Shown: positions 10,549-22,901 of the stretch, piece after piece | Position numbering within the stretch: the stretch's first letter is position 1 | Layout: every line of letters begins with the position of its first letter | Origin: Hyphochytrium catenoides | Lineage: Eukaryota; Protista; Hyphochytriomycota | NCBI GenBank assembly: GCA_900088475.1 | Contig: FLMG01002656.1 | Location: forward strand, 1 to 32,842 | Direction of reading: 5' to 3' | Length of the DNA: 32,842 bases | Translations under genes and position numbers: made by a program | The notes under the pieces: generated by a model | Told to the model about the DNA's origin: nothing | Seen by the model: the letters and a program-made list of their open reading frames with translations, nothing else | Database searches by the model: none

Positions 10549-13500
10549 ATGGCAGACAGGAGCACCCCCAATGGCAGGAGGCGGGGTGGAGGGCCAGGAC
10601 CGATAGGCAGCGGCCGTCGAGGTGGTAGAGGAGGTGGTTCCAAGGGCCGAGGTGGAGGAGGTAAGAGCTACAGCCATGGAGCCGAACCTACTCAGACTGC
10701 TTATCTGCGCTGTCAATTCACCCTAACGCATTGCTCAGGCGCCGCTCCTCCTCGGGGCCAGACTTTTATCCGAAAGGTGGATCCTTCTCCGGGTGAGTAC
10801 ACCCCTTACGATAGCAGCGGACAGAGTGGTGCACCAGGGGCCATCGTCTCTATCGGTCTCTAACCACCAGCATCATCATTATCTGCTCCCAATCCTATGT
10901 AGACGGAACGTGGCACGACACAGCTGAGGCACGGCTCCAGCACACGCCTCAAGTGCAGGCGCAAGCACCGGTCGGGGGCCCAGCGCGCCAAGAACAAGGT
11001 AGCTTACCTGCAAAGAAACATTGTCCGTTATCGTAGCCCCTTACAAAGCCCACTTGTCTTGTCCTTCAACCTTTCTCTTGGAACTTAGCTCCATCCATAT
11101 CACCGGTGGATGTGGAAGCTATTGCACTGGGGATTGGCGGCGCACTATCCTCCTCCGCCCCAGCTCCAACGCCCTTCACGTCTTCCGTGCAGAGGTTCTT
11201 TGAGGACGCACGTCGTGCCCAACAGCAGCACGTTCTATTGCCGCAACCGGCAGCACACGGACAACTTCCAAACGATCGACAGAGCGGAGAGATGGACTTC
11301 CACCTACGTTTGCAGAATCTCCAATTGGAGCAGCAGCGAGCCCATGAGCAGCAGGCCAGACTCTTTGGTAAGCCTCGACCACTTTTCCCCTGAACATGCA
11401 GAAGGTGCAGAAGTAGCTAACGACCTGCAAGGGTCAACCAATCCGGAAAGTCTGGTACTGCTTGTTTATGGCATCGTTCAGACGCAGCCCTCAGATCTAT
11501 CTCCTCATTCATCACGTCGCGTAAAGACTTCTCCGGTCCGGCCCCTCAGCCTGAATTTGTTCTAACATATCCCTTTTGGGGCCCTTGCGTAGCAGCGCAA
11601 ACCAATCCTTTGGGTCTTCCAGGACAACCGTCGAGCCCCTGGGGCCCTCCAAGTATAGGACACCTACCTACGCCAATTATAAATGACCAAGGCTTTAGAA
11701 GTGGTATCCCGGGAGGACATGTCCTTCCCGTGCCGCCTTTCCAACAAGATCCGCAACGATCTCTTGGTTCTTCTCAGTCTCGACTGAGACAACTCTTCTC
11801 TGGGACAGGTGAATATCGACCGTCTCTCCTAGACGAAGCTAGTTCTCTTCTGCGTCTTTATTAGGGAGCCGGTTTTGGTGATGCCTGATTCTAATCCTTG
11901 CAGGAGACGATCAAAGTCGGATTGGCTTAAATAGCGCACCAACAACTCAACCTGCCATGGAAAGCAGAGCGCCAAATGGCCCGGCGAGGTGAGCTGGTAG
12001 CTTAGCTTAGCGGTAGTCCCTAAAATGACTTGCGACAAGAAGGGGATATTAGGGATTGCGTGGTGGCGGCAGGCAAGACATACCGAAACTCCGTATGGAC
12101 TAACGCTAGGAGCGATATAGGAGTCCCTCGCAAGCTGATCCCATTGCTCACTTTCTTTCGGGCCCTGGGGCAGTAAAGGCGCCTGACAGCACAACGGAGA
12201 CATGTAAGCCCAAATGATGCGCGGTGCTTTCTTCTGAACATCCTCATCTCACACCAAGAATGGCAAATAGCTGCCGGGATTGCACAGAAGCCAGCCATCG
12301 ATAGAGAAGAGGGCCAGGGTAGGTTTGCAGGTGCTCCGACGAACGACAAGGGGCAAAGCGAAGAGAACACCCATACCGACGGTGAAGAGAAACAGTTCCG
12401 GAAGCACAACAGACCTGAGAAGCGCCTACTTCACCTACAGGGTAGACTCACTGTCAATACGGACGCTGCGCCACCTAAGGGTCCGCTCAAGGTAGCTAAG
12501 CTATAGATTTCCACTCTACATAAAAGTCGCTGTAGATAAGACCGACCAGAGCAGCTCAGATCTCAGCGACCTCAGACAAGGGATAGTATCGCTTCTCCTT
12601 CAGCGTCGAAGGACTAGGGGTTCCCCTCCTATATATCCGCTATTCATTCCAACTTAAGATCGCTGCCTCGTTCAGGTGACTTGGGAACTGCCCCGCGAGC
12701 TTTTTAAAGAGAACGAGACCTTTGTTGGGCTATTCAGAGTCGGACAGAATAAGAATGATAGCTGCATCACGAACAGGTAAAGTGTGAGATCAGGAGAAGT
12801 GAACAGAGAAGAATTCCTATTTGGCTTTGGAAGACTTGCCTTCTAACCCTTTCTTCTTCCATCACCAGGAAAGCGCTCATTCCGAAGCGTTCGCATGAGC
12901 GTGTATGGCGCAACGTTATTAATTTTAGAGCTCCTAGAACTGTCGGAAAATTCGAGTTCCGATTATACTATGCGGCGTCGGGGGAGAAAGGCGGTGGGGC
13001 CGCACAAGAGGCAGAGGTAAGGTAGACCTCTCAATTGAAGCCTTACGCCTCTCTCGCAAAGCAGAAGGGGTTCCGCAGCGAGGAAGCTCTTTACCCTGTT
13101 CTTTGAAGCTTCTTGGATAAGCGAATGACAGTTCCCTCACGTGTGCGGCTCCAGATTTATGAGAATACAGCGAATCTGGCAATCAGCAACATGTTCAGCG
13201 TGGATGTGCACGGGGAGGATCTTCTCGAAGCGGTTGATTTTGTGCGAACAAAGTGAGTAAGCAGCATCGGCGTTCCTTGATACATCCATGCGGGGGTTCG
13301 ACTATTTTCTCAATCCCAGATCAGATCCGTCCGTCAACTGAACCTTTTGCCGTTTTGGATGCAGGCTTGCAGAGACTGACTCTGTCATGAGCGGAGTGTC
13401 GCAGCTCTCTCGCGTGCTAGAGCAGCTGCGGGAGGTCAGTCCGGGGGTGTTTTCCAAATATCTGTGGCCGGTAATAGAGGAATCTGTGGATAAAAGTAAG

Positions 13501-16500
13501 TAAACTTTTCATTCTCTCTCTGCAACAGCAAAGAAGAGCCACCGCCTTCGTTGGTAGGACCTGTGTCCGAAAAGGGAACGAGGATCGGGCGTTGGCCACG
13601 TACCTCTCAGTTTTTACGGCACCACTCGGAATAACTCTTATGACTCCTGCTGCTGCTCATCATATGCCTTTTATGACACAGGTCTTCGCCTTCTATCTAC
13701 GGGATGGCCGTCGAAAACATCAAGAGAGCTGGAGTCCACGTTAGATGCCATACAGAGTCTCGTTCACGCGGCGGAGACTTGTAGGGCTTGTAGGAGGTAA
13801 GGAATGCCGCTTTGGTGGATGACTTAGTGCAGAAAGACATAAGTCAGCAGAATAGCATGGGATTGCGGCCCAATGGTAAATGTATGGATGGGATAAAAAG
13901 CACCCAAGAGGTTGATCTGCATCAGGAATTGAGCTTTCGTAGTGGCAACAGCTCTTTTTTTAGGGTCGCAGCTAACAGCGTCTTGCCCGTCCGGCGCAGC
14001 TATCTCCAAGGCCATCCATCGCAGCGGCTGATGGAATGGGGTACTCTCTTGATGCATAAGCTCTTCCTCTTGCTCTTCCAACCGGACATTGACAAACCCA
14101 AAGCGAAAACAGAGGAGAACGCAGATCTTCTCGAGCAGCCCCAAGCACCCTTGACTCCGAGTGCTAACGTTAGAAAGGAGGAGGACCCCACCTTAAGACT
14201 CGTTTTGCCTGTCTTCATGGCACGGAATGTGAGTGCCCTTCTGTGACCGGGAGTTCGCGAGCAAATGAGGTCGCCAAGGGCGGTAGACGGCGACAGGAAC
14301 ATAGGATATCAAATGCAGAACATTTAGGAAAAGCAAGAGCAAGAAAACAAGGGGATGAGGGGTGGCGGGTCGACTCCTCACCAAATTAGACTCAATAATG
14401 CGCTTGTTTCCTCCAGTTCTACACGGCATTTTCGCAACTCCTGCTTGCCAGAGCCTCGGAACTGCTCCCGGGGCCAGACTTCGATCTTGAGCGTCTCAAC
14501 CTTAGGAACAGACTTCAACAGGAGCTTGTTTCGAAGCTGCCATGGCAAGGTGATGGAGTCAGGAGCACCCTATTGGCGTCGTCCCTATTAGACTTCATTC
14601 TCCTTCATGATTGATGCACTGCTTGCAGATGTCACTCTTGTGCGATTGACAGCTCTCAGCTTGTCTAACCGACACCACCGACAAAGTCCTATGCTCTTCT
14701 ATCCACTCCTTTGGCTTAACAACATTGCTCCTCTAGACGTCCGACTGGTGATGTTCGGCTCGTCTGCCAATGGGTTCGGTTCTGCGGGCAGTGATGTTGA
14801 TATGTGCCTCTCCTTTCCGTCGACGCCGAAGGAGGAGATCCCACCAGCATCAGAGGTCAGCCGTGCCGTCTGCTAACCGTCTCTAGATTGTGTCCCGTCA
14901 TTTCTGTGGCTCTGATAGAAAGTTACTCTTCGCTGCGCAACGCTTTCGTGCCTTCACTTACCGTTATATTTGCTTTCTTTCCCTATAAATGATCAAAGGT
15001 GATCGGCGCACTTGTGGAGCTTTTGGAGCAGCACCATATGCAAGGCATAGAGGACAGAAAGACAGCTCGAGTCCCTATAGTGCTATTTGAAGATTCGGAA
15101 AGGTTGGTGCTTGCTCTTCTACTAGTCGCATCTTAAGATGCTTCATCTCTTCGCTGCGGCTGATTGAAGACCCTCGTTGTTGTCCCTTCTGAATGTGCCC
15201 CTTCGTCTCTACATGTTGTCCTCCTGCCGACACTGGTCATTGCACCTGCGAAAACGCTTATATTCTGTGCTTTGCCGCTGTAGCTCTCTGCACTGCGATG
15301 TATGTATGGAAAATCCTTTGGCTATCAGGAACACTTGGCTATTGCGTACCTATGCTACCGCTGATCCCCGGCTGAGGCAGTTGGGTTATATCGTGAAACT
15401 GTGGTCTAAGCGAAGGTACTATTGGCACTGAGGCCCCGATAAGCATTCACTCCTCATCATTACCTTTTTGTTGCACATAGAGTGGATAATGCGGTAGTGG
15501 CTCTAAACAATTACTTCTCACCGGGATCTCCCCCTCTGTCTCTAACTTATCCCATCTCCAGGAGAATGAACAATCCCTCGGAGGGGACTCTCTCCTCCTA
15601 CGGCTTTATTCTGATGCTTATCAACTTCTTACAGCAGCGACAGCCCCCAGTGCTTCCTCCTCTACAGAATATACCTCCAGATTGGAACGGAGGTGAGTGG
15701 CAGCTATACGATTTACTGATGCTCCTCAATGAGTAGTAAAGGTTGCTCTACATGAGCGGTGCGCTGACTCACGCCTCGTCTTCACGTATTAGAACCCGCT
15801 GCTATTCTTTGCGGGGAAAGGGGAAAGGGTTGGCCTTTGCCTCGAGTACCGGTACAGGGTCCCGACGGCGATGTCCATGAGACATACTTTTATCAGCCCG
15901 CACAACCTAACCAGCTTCACAAGCTTCAGAGCTATTGCAGGAGGAATGGAGAACCTATTGGATTCCTACTAGTCTGTTTCTTCCAGTACTATGGGTTCAT
16001 CTTCGACTATGGCAGGTAAAGCAACGAACGGATCAGGTTGAGAAGGAAGAAGTGGGGTTCTAGATACTTGTGGCCTTGCTCTCTATACCGTCCTACAAAA
16101 AAGCGTGATACATCTTACCGCAGGCAAGTTGTTAGCGTGAGGACGGGCCAAACTGTGGACAAGGACGAAAAAACTGCGAAATTCAGCTGGAAGAGGCTCC
16201 GAAGGCTAAGGTATGCACCACAAGGATAGCGTCCCCTGATGTTGGGAAGCGATACTCATTCTCAATCCGGGCTGGGATTGCTTGGCGCTATCCTTCCAAA
16301 AACAGCATTGAGGATCCCTTTGAGATCTCGTACGATGTCGCGCACGTGATCAAAGATCCGCAGCAGAAGTACATACGACAAGAGTTCTGTGTATGTGCCT
16401 GCTTAAATTGCTCTCACCACCCGCATAGCGGTTCAATTTGCTCCACCAGATTCTCTACGAAAGTGCCTTGGGCCTGACTCCATCCATCCTGTCGTCACCC

Positions 16501-16762
16501 CTAGTGTTTGCTGAGGCCGCCTTCTGACTGCTCTCCACCTATACCTTCTCCAATGTTGTTCGTTAGCATATCCTGACCAATATTTGATTCGATGCAGCGC
16601 GCATATCGTATAATGAGTGATGCGCATCAGCAAGCTCAGTCTTTAGAAGCAGCACTTGAGCGCCTACTAGAGGCAGCAGAAGACCCTCCCTTCGTCGTAG
16701 AAAGGGACACAGCGGCAGAGGAGGCATTACCGACAGGTATGAACTCACACGCTCTTAGTTGA
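10549..16762 (+). CDS. Cid1/URT1/TUT4-7-like terminal ribonucleotidyltransferase (non-canonical PAP/TUTase) with RG-rich disordered N-terminus and SKICH-like domain, ~24 exons
   Basis: NTase signature MFGSSANGFGSAGSDVDMCL (14751-14810), then TARVPIV, CDVCMENPLAIRNTWLL, VKLWSKR|RRMNNPSEGTLSSYGFILMLINFLQQRQPPVLP, FFQYYG, and the PAP-associated IEDPFE motif (16307). A continuous in-phase GT-AG exon chain can be built from ATG 10549. The N-terminal exons and the exact stop (TGA 16760-16762, or a further exon ending TAG 16861) are less certain. Confidence 0.88.
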
Positions 16763-16763
16763 C

Positions 16764-17903
16764 TCATTTTGGAAGCAGAAACCTTCCATCTACCCGGTTC
16801 TGAGCTAAGTCTGCCTTCTTATAATCTAGCACCTGATGTGGAGACGGTACCCGCTGAGTAGCAGGTTTCAAGATCCGACGCTGACTGAGCTTGTTGGAGC
16901 CATTTGAGGAAGCAGGTCTTATCCGGTTCTCATCATTGTCATCAAAGTCTGTCTTCCTATAACCCAGCACCCGATGTGGAGACCGCACCCGCTCATGGCA
17001 CGTGTCAAGACCGAAGCCACGGTGCAGCTTTGCGACTACTCTGTGCGTTTAACCAAGATCGCCTCTTTTGCCGAGGTTATTTATTAACGAACCGACCGCG
17101 CTGCCTTGATACAGCTAGACTGAGTAAGCACTAAGCCGTAGTGTCCTTGGACATGCTGAGGTTTTTGTGGACGTGCCCGAGTGGGTTGCTCCACAAATAA
17201 CCGCGATGCATTTGCTCTGCATCTCCTCGGAGAAGTAGCCTGCATGTGTTCAGCAGCTCTTTTTGTCTAGTTCGTGAGGCAGAGCAGAAATTGCCTTAGT
17301 AAGTTAACCTTTAAAAAAGTCATTAAAGGCGCACTAGCCTCTTCTAGCTGTGAGCCGCGGGCTGAGAAGTGTGTCTTGGATTACTGTCGAAACAAAGTTC
17401 TGCGAGAGTCTCTTCAGAAGCTTGACATCATCAGACGAATGCTGGGGAGTCTCTTCTTCTGCTTTATGCCTCTCGACGGACCCCTTTTCCCTTTCCATTT
17501 GGTCCTGAGCCTTGGCGCGAGGGGTGTTGATCTCAGAGTCCAAACCCCGAGCTTCAGCTAGTTTTCGTCTGCATAACAGACCGGTATCAGCGTCAAAGAC
17601 GGGATATTGAACACATGTTTGCTTACCTGGGACTACATTTAGTTCGCGTCGTTCCTCCCTCAGGCTTGAGGTCCAGTTTAGGAATCGCTTGTACCCGCTC
17701 CATCCTCTCTGCCGCTGAACTAGGACCCGGCTGGGACACAAGTGACAGAAGTTAGGATCGGGACGCAACATCGAAACACTTTGACTCTGCTACTGCTATA
17801 TTGCTTTCTCCCTTGGAACTCATAGGATCGGCCCATCCTCAACACGCAGGAGAATGCACAAGAATGTCAGTTGGACGAATAGAGAGTATGCATTACTCAC
17901 CAT
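16764..17903 (-). CDS. Hypothetical multi-exon protein, low-complexity with SP/SPR motifs
   Basis: ATG at 17903 is followed directly by a GTGAGT donor. Exons have branch-point/acceptor signals (cctaac..cccag, atgcag, aactag). Open frames include PGPSSAAERMERVQAIPKLDLK, RKLAEARGLDSEINTPR..LSPR and a terminal ..RSPHRVLGY..FLLPK*. The exon chain is not fully resolved. Confidence 0.45.
16807..16993. repeat. 49-bp imperfect direct repeat (16807-16855 and 16945-16993)
   Basis: aagtctgccttcttataatctagcacctgatgtggagacggtacccgct versus aagtctgtcttcctataacccagcacccgatgtggagaccgcacccgct, 7 mismatches. Confidence 0.9.
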
Positions 17904-18108
17904 GTTGAAAGGATTAGTGCATAGTTAGTTGAGGTTGAAGAGGGCGCCTCGCTGGCGTTGTTAGAGCTCAGCTCTTGTAAGACGTCTTTGTATGCTGGCT
18001 TACTACAAGCTGCAGACGCTCTCAGAGTCTTAGGAATCCCACTACGGGACACACCAGAGTGCCAAAAGCAATTTTCTCTTCCCCACAGCCTTCCTCAGCT
18101 CTTCTTGC

Positions 18109-18496
18109 TCGTAAGCGGAAGGTCTATGTTCCTCATCAACGCCCTTCGTTTCAGTCAAGGTGCTGTTATCATCAATCTGCGCAACCTCAGCGCCAGGGCT
18201 CTACACCGCCCTAGTCCTCTGCTCCCCTTCTTCGAGTGTGTTTCTGAGTGTGCGCTCCATTTAGAGTCCTGGCACTATAGACACCGGCAAGGGCTGGCTG
18301 CGGATTCTCCTAACCTCTGTTGCGGCGGAGTGGGCCGGCGGCTGAGGGACCGAGGAAGATGCAGTTCCCTCGTTCCCTGGATGAACAAGCTGTGATCAAA
18401 CCCCATCCTCTTGAAGTTTACGGTGGAAGATTCAAACAGAAACGGATTGAAGGCTTAGAAAACAGCCTCTTCTTGAATCCTTGGAGGAACCTTTGA
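18109..18496 (+). CDS. Possible 3' part of an MPLKIP/TTDN1-like small protein
   Basis: The frame ending ..KRIEGLENSLFLNPWRNL* (TGA 18494-18496) resembles the MPLKIP C-terminal SxxxDPWxxL motif. An upstream exon starting at 18109 joins in phase only through an unusual GAG acceptor. No start codon was resolved. Confidence 0.25.
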
Positions 18497-18580
18497 AAGT
18501 TTCGTCAGCATAAAGAGTGTAACGGTTGTGGGGGTGATGTTGGGAGCAGCCGAAGATCTGGGCAGGAGAGTCGCCAGGTG

Positions 18581-19203
18581 CCTCGTCCGCTCCTCCAGCT
18601 CTCATCATCATGCCGCTTTCTACTGCCTGGCTGCTCGCTCCTCCAGCTCTCATCATGATGCCGCTTTACTCTGCTTGACTGCTCGTTCCCTCCAGCTCTC
18701 ATCATCATGCCGCTTTACTCTGCCTGACTGCTCGTTCCTTCCAGCTCTCATCATGATGCCGCTTTACTCTGCCTGACTGCTCGTCCCCTCCAGCTCTCAT
18801 CATCATGCCGCTTTACTCTGCCTGACTGCTCGTTCCTTCAGCTATCATCATCATGCCGCTTCAGTCTGCCTGACTGCTCGTTCCTTACAGCTCTCATCAT
18901 CATGCCGCTTTACTCTGCCTGACTGCTCGTCCCCTCCAGCTCGCATCGTCATGCCGCTTCAGTCTGCCTGATGACTGCTCTTCCCTCCAGTTCTCATCAT
19001 CATGCCGCTTCAGTCTGCCTGACTGCTCGTCCCCTCCAGCTCTCATCATCATGCCGCTTCAGTCTGCGTGGCTGCTCGTCCCCTCCAGCTCTCATCATCA
19101 TGCCGCTTCAGTCTGCCTGACTGCTCGTCCCCTCCAGCTCTCATCATCATGCCGCTTCAGTCTGCGTGACTGCTCGTCCGCTCGAGCTCTTATGCCGCTT
19201 CAG
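18581..19203. repeat. 49-bp minisatellite, ~12-13 tandem copies
   Basis: Consensus ccagctctcatcatcatgccgcttcagtctgcctgactgctcgtcccct. The ctgctcgtcc motif recurs at 19023, 19072, 19121 and 19170. Some units lack one trinucleotide. Confidence 0.97.
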
Positions 19204-19686
19204 AGTGTTGGCGATCAATCGCCTGTTTAAGTATGGACCCGACACAGAGGCAATTCCATTTGTTGCAGCAACCCAATATCACGTGCTTTGCTATTATGGC
19301 GGATAGAAGCCAAAGTGGAGATGCAGTCGGAGGGGAGACTCTTGTGTAGCTTGCCAAGTAGTACTAACAATCTTGGTAACAAATCTGAGTGATCTTGACC
19401 AGTGCTCACAAACCGCCACGGAGTTTACAAACTACCAACTTACATCTAGTCGTCACAAACAAAACTCCTGAATGTAAGGCTACGCAGAACGAGAGCAGAA
19501 AATGAAGCGCAGGTGCTTCTCAGATGAATAACAGGAGTGAGGGTACATCAGTCACTCTTCTAATGAGCTGTTGTTGATATCTAATGCCCTATCTACTTTA
19601 GTTAATGTAAGGGCAGAGAACCAATCAATGAGCGTGCCAAACCTTCAATCCCTTGATATTATTGGCTTTACTATGCATAACAAGGG

Positions 19687-21910
<2,224 letters not shown>

Positions 21911-22901
21911 CTTGCTGCCCTGCTCTAAGAAGAACGTGAAAGAGTAGGATGGATGGCTCTTCGTCGCAATTTAGCAGCAAACGTAGGGTTCCAATGCTAG
22001 CCCGCAGAGGAGGAAGCGTGGCGCACCAGTTCACTATCTTACAAGCCTGTGAAGAGCCGAGGTGTGACTCATCAGTCTCCTTTGAGTTGAGGTGTGCGTG
22101 ACAGGAGGCGGGGCCGGCGTCGGCGGCATCTGTCGTGTGTGCTTGAGCTGCTGATCGAGGGAGGACACTGAAGGACTCCTCGACCGCAAGCTAATAACTT
22201 CTATGCCAGCAGTCCTGTACGTCACTGGTCACTGCACTACCAGATGCTGCTGCGGTCTGGTGATAATAACAGTACGAGTATGAAGGACAGGGAGGAAACA
22301 CGTCGTACGAACTGCCAGGAAGGTTTCATATCTTTCGCCTCCGAAAGATACTCATAGTTTTCATGTCAGAACCGCAGTTACAGGCTGGTGCATCCCTCCT
22401 ACAATGTTCTGATGTTGGGGCTGGCCCTGGTATTTTCTGCCGGTTGTTCTTGCAGGGAAGGTCAAGAGTGCCAGGAGCAGCCTTCGTCATCGATCTTCTT
22501 TCCTTTGTAGGTCGGTTCCCTCTTCGCCCTTTTCTATCTTCAATCTAACGACGTACTTTGTCAACTGACGAAGACAGGGAGCGAGTTCATCAGAAGCAGC
22601 AGCAAGGGGACAGGAAGTCCTGCTCATCAGCAGCCAGCCTATTTCTCGCCTACTACGTTTGTTGGTTGCATCCCGGGCTAGCGTTTTGTGGCGGACATTA
22701 TGCTTCACAACATTAGGAACGAAGCCGCAGGTTTACGCACTAACCGTTCAATCTAAGCACAGAGAGGTCCACCGGCACGGCATACCAGCAGCAGGGAACA
22801 GTCTTTTCTTCTGTGGCAAGAGACTGCTAGCCAGCAAGAACGCAACCAACGATAAAGAAGAAGTGTTCCTCTTCCTCCGCCCTCTGCTACATAAGTACAG
22901 C

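Noticed and set aside
11829-14600. A separate or nested gene between the RG-rich exons and the TUTase catalytic exons
   Set aside because: Plus-strand exons here join in phase into one continuous TUTase frame. The listed minus ORFs look like antisense shadows.
18581-19203. CRISPR-like array or repeat-protein CDS
   Set aside because: The units are contiguous with no unique spacers, the context is eukaryotic, and a 49-bp period breaks the reading frame.
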